Below, piece by piece: positions 9,875 through 19,013 of a stretch of DNA of 64,000 bases; the stretch's first letter is position 1; each line of letters starts with the position of its first letter. Under the pieces are notes generated by a model, which was not told the DNA's origin, made no database searches, and was given only the letters and a program-made list of their open reading frames with translations. The position numbers were made by a program, and so were the translations under genes. The DNA comes from Nannocystales bacterium (GTDB taxonomy: Bacteria; Myxococcota_A; Polyangia; Nannocystales; Nannocystaceae), in NCBI GenBank assembly GCA_050633305.1, contig JBOEGF010000010.1, positions 608,001-672,000 on the forward strand, read 5' to 3'.

Positions 9875-9966
9875 CGTGCTCCTTCTTGTGAGCGCTGCGC
9901 GTTCCAATCGTCGATGTCCCCAGAACTCCACCTCAGGACTTGGTGTTTTGCGCTCTCATATTGGGT

Positions 9967-9997
9967 ATGGCCGGTTTTCTTATGATCCTTCACGCCG
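9967..9997 (-). promoter_or_regulatory. Putative promoter/operator CGGCGTGA-N11-AAAACCGGCCAT
   Basis: Same 8-nt and 12-nt blocks with identical spacing recur at 26084-26114. Confidence 0.55.
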
Positions 9998-10257
9998 CAC
10001 CAAGATTGCCGCGAGACAGGGGCGGAACGTCGCTCTGCATATTCCCGTCCTTGCAGCCGGCGCGGTGTCATCGAGGTGGGATTGTCGACAACACCGTAGT
10101 TCGACTACGAGATCGAGAACGCCGCGCTGCTGGGCGCCTTCGAGGGCGCCCGGCACGAAGAGCACGATGCGAAAACCCAGGGCGGCTCTTCTGTTTCCTG
10201 CGTGGGGGTGTCGACCGGCCTGCGCGAAGCATGAGCGACGCGGGCGAGGGAGACTCG

Positions 10258-11778
10258 CTAGGGCCCCGCCCAGTACGGTTCGCGGAGCTTGAACTTCTGA
10301 AGCTTGCCGGTGGCGGTGCGCGGCAGGCTGTTGCGCAGCTCGACCGAGGTCGGGCATTTGTAGTGGGCCATCTTTTCCCGACAGTGCGAGATCAGAGCGT
10401 GTTCGTCGGTCTGGGCGTCTGGCGCCAACACGACGAGGGCCTTGACCGTCTCTCCCCACTTCTCATCCGGGACTCCGATTACGGCGACCTCCGCGACGGC
10501 AGGATGCGAGAAGAGGACGTCCTCGACCTCGATCGACGACACGTTCTCTCCGCCCGAGATGATCACGTCTTTCTTGCGGTCGGAGATCGTCAGCGAGCGG
10601 TCCGCTCCGAGGTATCCGCCGTCCCCCGTGTGAAACCAATCGTCCGAGATCGCGGCAGCGGTGGCCTCCGGTTGGCCCCAGTAGCCCTTCATGACCACGT
10701 TGCCTCGGGCGAGGACCTCCCCGCCCTCGGAGCAGTTCATCTCGACGCCGAGCGCGGGCACACCCGCACGGCCGAGCTCGCGGGCGCGTGCGAGTGGATC
10801 GAGGTCGTCCCACTCGGCGCGGGTTCTGTTCACGGTGAGGAGCGGGGCGGTCTCGGTCAGTCCGTAGATCTGGATGAACTCCCAGCCCAGCTCGGTCTCG
10901 ACCTGGCGAATCGTCTCGGTCGGCGGGGGAGCGCCGGCCACCACAACCCGGACCCGTCCCTTGCCAGGAATGGGACCCGACCACTCCCGAGCGGCGTCGA
11001 GCACGATGTTGACCACGGTTGGCGAGCCACACATCAGAGTCACGCCGTGTTGCTCGACCCGGCGCAGGATTTCGGGGCCATCGACCTTGCGCAACACGAC
11101 CTGCTGGGCGCCGACACCGGTGAGCACATACGGCATGCCCCACCCATTGCAGTGGAACATCGGGAGCGTGTGCAGGTAGACATCCCGATCGCTGACCTGC
11201 GTGTGTAGCCCGAAGACGGTGGCATTGAGCCACAGACTCCGGTGGGTTTGTTCGACGCCCTTGGGGCGTGCGGTCGTTCCGCTGGTGTAGTTGATCGTGG
11301 CCGTCGCCGCTTCGTCGGCCTCCCAGGGGGTCGGTGCGTCCCCGCTGCCGAACACCTCCGCGTCGGTCTGCGGCCCGAGGACGAAGCGGTGCTCACACGC
11401 GACATCGCGCAACGAGGCATCGAGCGCGGGGTCGACGAGCAACACCCGGGCTCCGCTGTGCTCGACGATGTACTTCACCTCCTCCGCGTTGAGGCGGAAG
11501 TTGATCGGCACCAGAACGCGGCCGTAGGCGCTGGTGCCGAACAGCGACACGAGCAGGCGTGCTGCGTTGTGCGACACGATCGCGACCCGGTCTCCGCGTT
11601 TCAACCCTAGCCGGTCCCACGCCGCGGCTTGGCCTCGCGCGAGTTCGGCGATGCGCTGGTAGCGAAGCGACGGCAGCGGTGCCGCGGGCTGGTCGGGCTC
11701 GTCGATGAACCCGACCCGGTCCCCGTAGACCTCCTCAGCGCGACGCAGAAAATCGATGATGCTCAGTGGTACGAACAT
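10258..11778 (-). CDS. Acyl-CoA synthetase / AMP-binding ligase
   Basis: INYTSGTTARPKG, QIYGLTE, WFHTGD, DRKKDVIISGGENVSSIEVE, LPRTATGKLQK; likely start MFVPLSIIDFLRRA. Confidence 0.95.
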   Translation of the reverse strand: MFVPLSIIDFLRRAEEVYGDRVGFIDEPDQPAAPLPSLRYQRIAELARGQAAAWDRLGLKRGDRVAIVSHNAARLLVSLFGTSAYGRVLVPINFRLNAEEVKYIVEHSGARVLLVDPALDASLRDVACEHRFVLGPQTDAEVFGSGDAPTPWEADEAATATINYTSGTTARPKGVEQTHRSLWLNATVFGLHTQVSDRDVYLHTLPMFHCNGWGMPYVLTGVGAQQVVLRKVDGPEILRRVEQHGVTLMCGSPTVVNIVLDAAREWSGPIPGKGRVRVVVAGAPPPTETIRQVETELGWEFIQIYGLTETAPLLTVNRTRAEWDDLDPLARARELGRAGVPALGVEMNCSEGGEVLARGNVVMKGYWGQPEATAAAISDDWFHTGDGGYLGADRSLTISDRKKDVIISGGENVSSIEVEDVLFSHPAVAEVAVIGVPDEKWGETVKALVVLAPDAQTDEHALISHCREKMAHYKCPTSVELRNSLPRTATGKLQKFKLREPYWAGP

Positions 11779-12250
11779 GGCAACCCGAGGCTTGAGTTCT
11801 AGCAGCATTCCGGCGGCGATCATTGAGTGCTGAACCGGACGCGGAGGCGCGCCCAGCATCTCCGCCAGAGAGGCACTGCGTGCTTCGTCGACGTGGAACT
11901 CGCCGTTGCCATCGACGTCGAAGGAATGGGTCGAGTGGTGGAACAACAAGCGGCCGCTCGGGCGGCTCGGCGACGTGCCTCCGGTCGAGTTCGAAAACTG
12001 CGACCATCAACTCCGTACCCCAGCCGAAGTTGTTGGCAACAAACTCGGCGGAGGTCTGTCAACGCTTCTTCGGGACCTCTGAGTGCACAACCGGCCGAGC
12101 TCGCGAAAACCTCTCCGGCGCATCGGGTGGCCATCTTGGCGCGGAGGAGAACGCTGTTCTTGGGAGGCGCGACGCCGAACGTCAGCGGCTGCGGCGAAGT
12201 TCGCCAGCCAACGACAGAGGTGCCCGTTTTGGGATAGTCTGGCGGCCGAC

Positions 12251-13033
12251 ATGATGGAAACCAGGGCATCAGATGGGGCCAAGCTGGCGTATCGAGTCCA
12301 GGGCGACGGGGAGCGTGCCATTCTTCTCGTTCACGGTTGGATGGTCTCTGGCGCGATGTGGAACGACGTGCTTCCACATCTCAACACGAAGGGCGTTCGC
12401 TTCATCATTCCCGACCTGCGTGGTACGGGCGCCTCGGACAAGCCTGAGGAGGGCTACACGTTCGCCCAGCTCAGCGCAGACCTTCTTGCGGTTTCCGATG
12501 CGGCCGGTGCCAAGCAAATCTCGGCGGTCGGTCACAGTATGGGGGGGCAGCTGGTTCAGTATCTCGCGGCGCATCACGCCGACCGTGTCGACGCACTGGC
12601 GTTGCTGTGCACCGTGCCCGCCTCTGGCATCCCGCTGCCTCCCGAAGCCGCGGGACTGTTCCGCGGCTGCGCCGGGAGCCCGGAAGCTCAGAGGCAGATT
12701 TTGTCCATGGCATGCAAGCAACTCGAGGCTGATGCGCGTGGCCGGTTGGTTGACGCCGCGTCCACGGTACCCGCAGCCTGCATGGAACAGACCTTCGATC
12801 TGTGGACCGCGGGCGGCTTTGCAGACGACCTTGCGCAGGTGGTCGCACCCACGCTGGTGCTCGCGACCTCGGATCCGTTCACACCGCCCGAGCTTCTCAA
12901 CCGTGCAGTCGTCGCTCCGATCGCGAAGGCACGCTTGGCGACCTTACCGGGCCCCGGACACTATGTGGCCAACGAGGCGCCCGAGGCCCTCGTCGCGATC
13001 CTTGACGCGTTCCTCGCTGGAACGCAGACCTAG
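12251..13033 (+). CDS. Alpha/beta hydrolase
   Basis: LLVHGW, DLRGTGASD, GHSMGG nucleophile elbow, GH catalytic His. Confidence 0.92.
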   Translation: MMETRASDGAKLAYRVQGDGERAILLVHGWMVSGAMWNDVLPHLNTKGVRFIIPDLRGTGASDKPEEGYTFAQLSADLLAVSDAAGAKQISAVGHSMGGQLVQYLAAHHADRVDALALLCTVPASGIPLPPEAAGLFRGCAGSPEAQRQILSMACKQLEADARGRLVDAASTVPAACMEQTFDLWTAGGFADDLAQVVAPTLVLATSDPFTPPELLNRAVVAPIAKARLATLPGPGHYVANEAPEALVAILDAFLAGTQT

Positions 13034-13055
13034 AGCCACGGAACGTCGCAACGGC

Positions 13056-13448
13056 ATGACCGACCGGTCTCTTTGGAAGGTTCAGTTCGTCTCCCTCGAC
13101 GCCCTGGACGTGGTGGAAGCGCTCTTCGAAGGCGTGTACCTCGCCGACGCGAGCGATGTGGGCGAATGGGAACGACGTGTTCGTGCGCGACTGGATGAGT
13201 TTGGCGGGAAAGTGGACCTGCTGATCAGCCTCGAAGGGCTACGTGTCAAACCCGCGGCTTCTCGTAGGTTTGGTGAGTCTCGGGCGGCTGTGCTCGCAGA
13301 TTACGCCGCGTGCTCATTTCGCTACGGGGCCGATCCCTGGACGGCAACGTCGATTAGCACCAGCTCCGTGATCGACGGTGCGGACGAGAATCTCTTCCAC
13401 ACGCGAGCCGAAGCCCTCGAAGCTCTCGTGCAGCGGCGCAGGGCGTGA
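13056..13448 (+). CDS. Hypothetical protein (small STAS/SEC14-like alpha/beta fold possible)
   Basis: ORF with normal composition from ATG 13056; ends LFHTRAEALEAL. Confidence 0.65.
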   Translation: MTDRSLWKVQFVSLDALDVVEALFEGVYLADASDVGEWERRVRARLDEFGGKVDLLISLEGLRVKPAASRRFGESRAAVLADYAACSFRYGADPWTATSISTSSVIDGADENLFHTRAEALEALVQRRRA

Positions 13449-13482
13449 CCTGCACTCGCGTCGGAGCGCACTTGCGGCACGC

Positions 13483-14376
13483 TCAGCGCCGGAGCAAGAT
13501 CGCCCCGCGGGGATCTTCGACGTCTTGTAGGTGGTTGGCTTGGTTGACTCCGCACGGGTCGTGCGTGGGCCAGTGACTCCCCTGACTGGCGTCCCAGTAG
13601 TAGTAGTGGTCCTCCCAAAATACGCTCAGGCCTCCCGCCCAGGCCTCGATGGTGCTGGGCACGATGTCTGTGCACGAAGGCGTGATGGCATCGACCATGG
13701 TGCAGTCGATGCCGCCGTCGATGATCTGGACCAGGCTTCCGCTCGCCTCCTCACACGCGACGCTGTTGCTGATATTGGTTCGAACCAGGAACGCGCTCCC
13801 AAGCTCCCGCCACAGGGAGAACTCCATCGCGCCGGACTCCTCCAGGCTCAGTGGTACGTTCGTCGAGGTCGGAACGGAATCATCGGGGGCGACCCGCCAG
13901 GTCGGCACCACATCGACGGCGTTGGTCCCACTGTTGAACTGGGAGAAGTCGGTGAAGCCGTAGGAGTAGACGAGCGTCCAGCCGCCGCCGGCCGAGGTCA
14001 TGTCGCACCAGACATCAAACGGCTCCATGCCCAGGTCGAGTCCATCGATGTCGATCTCGTACACACCATCGGGCGCGTTGGGATCTTCCAGGTGAATCTC
14101 CGTGCAGTCTGCGAAGAGTCCCGGAACGGAGCCGGTACTCGTGCTTCCACGACCCGTCGTAGGCTCTGCTGTGCCGCGCTCGTCGCCCGAGCCTGACGCG
14201 CTCGCCGTGCCACTCCCGGCGGAGACCAGGCCGGTCGATGCTGGGCCGGCTGAGCCCGAAGAGCCGGTGGAGCCCGAGGCGGAGTCCCGGCCTTGGTAAG
14301 AGGGGTTTTCGACGAGGCACCCCGCGGCGGCCACGATCATTGCCGACATCGCTGTGTTCTTCGCCGCCCCGAGCAC
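13483..14376 (-). CDS. Lipoprotein with fibrinogen-C-terminal-like domain
   Basis: Lipobox AAAGC, Ser/Gly linker, DCTEI..DGVYEID..VWCDMTSAGGGWTLV. Confidence 0.85.
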   Translation of the reverse strand: MLGAAKNTAMSAMIVAAAGCLVENPSYQGRDSASGSTGSSGSAGPASTGLVSAGSGTASASGSGDERGTAEPTTGRGSTSTGSVPGLFADCTEIHLEDPNAPDGVYEIDIDGLDLGMEPFDVWCDMTSAGGGWTLVYSYGFTDFSQFNSGTNAVDVVPTWRVAPDDSVPTSTNVPLSLEESGAMEFSLWRELGSAFLVRTNISNSVACEEASGSLVQIIDGGIDCTMVDAITPSCTDIVPSTIEAWAGGLSVFWEDHYYYWDASQGSHWPTHDPCGVNQANHLQDVEDPRGAILLRR

Positions 14377-14624
14377 CCGTCGACAATTATGCCGCTACGT
14401 CGACCCTGACAGGGTGGAAAAGACGGGGAGGTCCGGCCGTATCTGGCACTCGCGGAGGGCTGTGTATCCAGAACGGAGCGTTGCCGCGCCTCGCTCGCGA
14501 CACCTGCTGGAAATCAGGGCACACCACGGCGCCTGTGAGGGCCCTGAAGACGGAGCGCACCTCGACTGCCAGTTGTGGACGCTGGCGCCGGTTGTCGAGA
14601 TGCACTCCATGTCCAATCCTCGAC

Positions 14625-14717
14625 TCACGAAATGCGATCGAGGCAGGCGGCAAACAAACCCCCTACGGGGATGATGACCGATCCGATGACGAGTGTTGCA
14701 ACGAGTCCGATGAGCAT
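14625..14717 (-). CDS. Putative 30-aa hydrophobic small protein MLIGLVATLVIGSVIIPVGGLFAACLDRIS
   Basis: GAAAGGAA RBS upstream and an ECF-like motif just upstream; below the ORF-track size cutoff. Confidence 0.4.
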   Translation of the reverse strand: MLIGLVATLVIGSVIIPVGGLFAACLDRIS

Positions 14718-14741
14718 GGGTCCGCGTTCCTTTCTGTCTGT

Positions 14742-14770
14742 GGTTGTTCCCAAACGAGCCCGCGTGTCAC
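14742..14770 (-). promoter_or_regulatory. Putative ECF promoter GTGACA-N17-ACAACC
   Basis: Matches the motifs at 16235 and 18927 in -35 sequence and spacing. Confidence 0.4.
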
Positions 14771-14910
14771 AGGGTTTTCGCGGTGATACGTCTGGCGCCT
14801 GGACGGGAGCACTTTGTGTGTCAGGGCTCGCAGAACTTCCTCGACCTTCGCCGTGCCAAATGCTGCGAGCGAAGCCACTACCGAAGCGCGCAGAGGGGCG
14901 AGATAACCGG

Positions 14911-15315
14911 ATGAGTACGACGATCGGAATATGGTTGTGGGTGGCGTTCTTGGGGCTTGCGACCGCCGCAGTTCTTCTTCAGGCGTGGCTATGGAAGCCA
15001 AAAAGGAGGGAACCTCCCGCAAGAAGAACGGACGTTCATGCGAGCTCTCGACGGGTTCGCGGCTTCGAAGGCCGCCTCGGCAGGTCGAGGGCCGCGATGC
15101 TAGCCACGGTCATCGACCCCACGACCGCCGAGGCTGCGAATGAAGATCCGTGGAAGCTCGTCGATGCGCGACGTGGCTGGACTCCCCGCAGTGGTGCTGT
15201 ATCGGTTGTGACGCGATGGGCGGACTCGACGGGCACGGCCGGGCCGGCGCTGAACCGGATCGGCGGGGAGGGGGAGACTACGCGAGGCTTCGCCGAGACA
15301 GAGGCTGTCACCTGA
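14911..15315 (+). pseudogene. Possible remnant of a membrane protein gene
   Basis: MSTTIGIWLWVAFLGLATAAVLLQAWLWKPK TM start, followed by low-quality sequence. Confidence 0.3.
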
Positions 15316-15382
15316 GCCGGGAGGTCCGTGCACGTGCCTGAAGACCGAACGGACCGACACGGCTTGCGGGAAGGAGGGTGTC

Positions 15383-16000
15383 ATGCACACACGCAGTGCT
15401 TCTGAACGACTCCTGGGCGCCAAGAAGACGGCCCCGCGGCTCATGATTGGTGCCGTGAAGCTTGGGCTGGTGGCTCTCTTGCCGGCCTGCGGACCAGTGC
15501 GAGGCGACCCTGACTCGTCCGCCGAATCCGGAGGGACGTCGGGAACGACGCATCCCTCTAGACAAGACACCGGGTCGACCTCCCATCCGACTCCGGAGCG
15601 GGCCTCGAGCACGGCGGCGTCGGTCTCGACTACAGAGGAAGCCGGGTCGACCGGGGACGGGTCCTTCGATGTGGGGGATCGGCAAGCCCCGGAATTCTCC
15701 GACGATGTGTGGCCTCTGCTCAAGGGACGCTGCAGCTGCCACGTCGGTTTTGCAGCGGGAGGCCTGCGACTGGCCGACGAGAGCGCCTACGAGACCTTGG
15801 TCGATGGAGATTCGCTCGATACGGACCTCGCCCTCGTCGAACCAGGAAGCCTCGAGAAGAGCTACCTGTGGCGAAAACTAGTCGGCCAGCAAGCAGGGGT
15901 TGGGGGCGATGGAGTTCGTATGCCGATGAGCGGGACGCCATTGACCGATGAGGAACTCACGACAATCGAAGGCTGGATCGTCGCGGGTGCGCCTCTGTAG
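15383..16000 (+). CDS. Lipoprotein with planctomycete-type cytochrome c-like domain (CxCH motif); start may be downstream
   Basis: Lipobox LLPAC; RCSCH..GGLRL..VEPGSLEKSYLWRKL..RMP..LTDEELTTIEGWI. Confidence 0.8.
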   Translation: MHTRSASERLLGAKKTAPRLMIGAVKLGLVALLPACGPVRGDPDSSAESGGTSGTTHPSRQDTGSTSHPTPERASSTAASVSTTEEAGSTGDGSFDVGDRQAPEFSDDVWPLLKGRCSCHVGFAAGGLRLADESAYETLVDGDSLDTDLALVEPGSLEKSYLWRKLVGQQAGVGGDGVRMPMSGTPLTDEELTTIEGWIVAGAPL

Positions 16001-16234
16001 CCTCGTGTGTTGAATCGGCCATTCGGATCAATGTGTAGCGAACAGCCCATGAATTGTGGCGGGTCCTCCGCATGCCTTCGCGCCGTCGCGCGGGGTCGAG
16101 AAACCCCACCGGACCATGGAGGACCCGGGGCCCTTTCTACGATCTTTCGGCGCCGGCTCTCACGGGGTCGGCAAAAAAGGGGGCCATGGCCAACCGTCCT
16201 TCAAAAAAATGGGGTCGGAAGGCGACAGGGGTGC

Positions 16235-16263
16235 GTGACAAGTTCACCGCATCCGCCACAATC
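16235..16263 (+). promoter_or_regulatory. Putative autoregulatory ECF promoter GTGACAAG-N11-CGCCAC
   Basis: Same blocks and spacing at 18927-18951; lies directly upstream of the ECF gene. Confidence 0.6.
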
Positions 16264-16283
16264 AAGCAGAGGGAAGGGCGCGG

Positions 16284-16964
16284 GTGATGACGGCAACTGG
16301 CAAGCACCGGGTGAATGGAGTTCCAACGGACGATGAGCTGCTGGACAGCTGGCTTTCGGGTGACGAGGACGCCAGGGAGCGGTTGCTGGGCCGTCACTAC
16401 TCAAGCGTGAGGCGCTTCTTCGAATCGCAGAGCCCCTCGTCCGCGGCTGACCTCACCCAGTGCACGATGATTGCGTGTGTGTCGGCGATCCGCACCTTCG
16501 AGCGTCGGTCCAGTTTTCGTACCTTCTTGTACGCGATCGCGCGGCGGAAGCTTGCTTACTTTCGCCGCCGCGAATCACAGCGAAGACCAAAAACGGTCTT
16601 TAATGAAGACGAGTACGAGCGACCTTCCATGACGACGCCGAGTCGTGTCGTCGCCGGACGCGAGGAGCATCGTCTGTTGATGTATGCATTGACGCAGATT
16701 CCCAGCGATCAGCGCGTTGCGTTCGAACTGTTCTACTGGGAGGCAATGTCCAATCGAGAGGTTGCCGAGCGGCTGAATGTGAAGATCACGACCGTGACGA
16801 CGCGGCTCTCTCGAGCCCGAAAGAGCATTCAGGAGCGCATTTCGGACATGCGCCCATCGGAGTTCGTCTCGCATCGCCTGATGGGGGACCTCGGCGGATG
16901 GATGCAGTCGTTGCGAGTCGTGGGCATGACCGCGTCTTCAGATGGCAGAACCCGGGGAGGGTGA
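16284..16964 (+). CDS. ECF sigma factor (kinase-associated type)
   Basis: DELLDSWLSGD, SSFRTFLYAIARR, MSNREVAERL..VTTRLSRAR; paralog of 8021-8626. Confidence 0.9.
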   Translation: MMTATGKHRVNGVPTDDELLDSWLSGDEDARERLLGRHYSSVRRFFESQSPSSAADLTQCTMIACVSAIRTFERRSSFRTFLYAIARRKLAYFRRRESQRRPKTVFNEDEYERPSMTTPSRVVAGREEHRLLMYALTQIPSDQRVAFELFYWEAMSNREVAERLNVKITTVTTRLSRARKSIQERISDMRPSEFVSHRLMGDLGGWMQSLRVVGMTASSDGRTRGG

Positions 16965-17230
16965 GGCGGCCTCCACAGGCCGCGTCACGGCCGGATGGCG
17001 GAGTCCTTTCTGTAGTCGAGCTGCGTGCTCTCGTGCTCGATCGGTGTTGGTAATGGGTGCTGTCCCCTTTGTTGGGGTGGTGCCCATTGCCAATTTGAAT
17101 GAGGCTTGCGAGGCGCTCTTGTGAAGAATAGGCTTACATCGAAGTCGGTTCGGATACCCGTGCTTCGCTGCGTCTTTTGTATTCCTCCCCTCTTGATCCG
17201 TTTGGTCATCAGGGGCACCCTGAATTTGCT

Positions 17231-18757
17231 ATGGGCGCACAACTGTCGAGCCTCCTTGAAGAGCCGAAACGGGTGGGGCCGTATACGCTGATCCAGAAAC
17301 TGGGGCAAGGGGGGATGGCGGAGGTCTACCTCGCTTGCAAAACCGGGGCTTCGGGCTCTCGCGAGTTCGTTGCGGTGAAGGTCATCCTCCCGCATCTCCG
17401 CTCCCATCCCGAGTTCGAGAAGATGTTGGTTCGAGAGGCTGCCATTGCCGCGAACCTCGACCATCCGAACATCGTCAGGGATATTGGGTATTCCGGCAGC
17501 ATGCACTACATCGCGATGGAATACGTCGACGGTGAGCCTCTGCGTGCTCTCATGAGGAAGGCATTTGAAAGTGGCTCCGTGCCCCTGGGGACCTCCTTGA
17601 GCATCTTCTACGCGTTGTGTCGGGCGCTGCATCGTGCACATGAGGCAAGGGATGAGCGTGGGCGACCTTTAGGCATCGTTCATCGCGATGTTACGCCGTC
17701 CAATGTGTTGATCGAATACGACGGTACGGTGAAACTCGCCGACTTCGGAATCGCCAAGACGACCGCTCGAGTGCGTACGACGATCGGGGGGAGTCTCAAG
17801 GGGAAGGTCGGCTACATTTCGCCCGAGCAATGCCGATGCGAACAACTGGACCGGCGCTCTGATGTGTTCAGTCTTGGGGTGCTTCTCTACGAACTCACGG
17901 TGGGGCGACGGATGTTTACCGCCGCCAACGAGTTCGCCGTGATGGGGAAACTCCTCCGGGGAGAGTTCCCGCGACCACGGGACACTGCGGCTGGCTACCC
18001 GACGCTGCTCGACACGATCGTTGCCAAAGCGACGGCGGTTGAACCCAGGAACCGTTATCAGACCGCGGCGGAGTTCGGGGCCGCGATCGCGGAATTCTCC
18101 GCAGACCATGCGATAGAGCTTTCGCCGGCGGCCGTCCGCCGAGCGATGGACCACTACTTTCCCCCGGTCTTCCGAACCCCTGTGGAGTGGTTGGCAGCAC
18201 GGGCCGAGGAGGACCTGGACGGAGATGAGCACGCCAAGACTACGAAATACTCAGTCGCGCTGGCTCGTGACAAACGAGTGGAGCAGTATGCCGCCGCTGT
18301 CACTAGGGTCGAGGAGTCCGTGGAGCAGAACGCAGCCCGGAGCCGCCCGATCGTGTCCAGGCCCCGGAGGCACCCCGCTTGGCTCTGGATGCTCGGCGGG
18401 GTCGCACTGGCGCTGGGCTCGAGCGGCGGAACTGCATTGGCGTTGCGCCCAGCATCAACGGATGTGAAGACGGAAGTGCCGACCACGGGCGAATCGATGT
18501 CGCTCGACTCACCTTCACCCTCGCGGTCTTCCTTTGCCTCTTCCTCCCCCGGCTCGGGGAACGTGGGGAGGTTGCAGGCCGCGGGCTCGGGTGCTGAACT
18601 GCTGGTACTCGCGGAAGATGAGCATGCATCCAAGCGGGGCAACAAGAGCTTTGCCAGGAACGCTCGCAAGCGTCGAGCTCGGTCGCGGAAGAAGGCCGCC
18701 GACCGAAAGCGCGGCGCCCCGAGCAAGACTCGTCGCGTGATGCGGTCTGCGAAGTAG
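17231..18757 (+). CDS. Ser/Thr kinase with C-terminal TM and basic tail
   Basis: LGQGGMAEV, VAVK, HRDVTPSN, DFGIAK, GKVGYISPEQ. Confidence 0.92.
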   Translation: MGAQLSSLLEEPKRVGPYTLIQKLGQGGMAEVYLACKTGASGSREFVAVKVILPHLRSHPEFEKMLVREAAIAANLDHPNIVRDIGYSGSMHYIAMEYVDGEPLRALMRKAFESGSVPLGTSLSIFYALCRALHRAHEARDERGRPLGIVHRDVTPSNVLIEYDGTVKLADFGIAKTTARVRTTIGGSLKGKVGYISPEQCRCEQLDRRSDVFSLGVLLYELTVGRRMFTAANEFAVMGKLLRGEFPRPRDTAAGYPTLLDTIVAKATAVEPRNRYQTAAEFGAAIAEFSADHAIELSPAAVRRAMDHYFPPVFRTPVEWLAARAEEDLDGDEHAKTTKYSVALARDKRVEQYAAAVTRVEESVEQNAARSRPIVSRPRRHPAWLWMLGGVALALGSSGGTALALRPASTDVKTEVPTTGESMSLDSPSPSRSSFASSSPGSGNVGRLQAAGSGAELLVLAEDEHASKRGNKSFARNARKRRARSRKKAADRKRGAPSKTRRVMRSAK

Positions 18758-18926
18758 AGGCGACGCGGCACGTCGTAAGGGAAGGAATTCCAGTACCGCA
18801 GAAAGGCGCATGGATCTCAAAGAGGTCCGTGCGCCTTTCTGGGTTTCGTCTACACCGTAATCCTCCGGACTACGCGGACTCTCAGCGCGGCAGTGCTGGT
18901 CGCCGAAAACAACTCTCCGCAGCTTT

Positions 18927-18955
18927 GTGACAAGGCACCCTGCTTCGCCACTACC
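18927..18955 (+). promoter_or_regulatory. Putative ECF promoter GTGACAAG-N11-CGCCAC
   Basis: Copy of the 16235 motif, upstream of the cytochrome lipoprotein operon. Confidence 0.6.
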
Positions 18956-19013
18956 CAAGAGACGAGCTGGAAGGGCGAATGGACGCCACCAGGCGCCAAG
19001 GGAGTACGGACGA

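Noticed and set aside
11779..11949. N-terminal extension of the acyl-CoA ligase given by the ORF track (similar extensions for 12083, 34986, 47795, 28152 and 49279)
   Set aside because: Family homology begins at downstream starts, which also have better initiation signals
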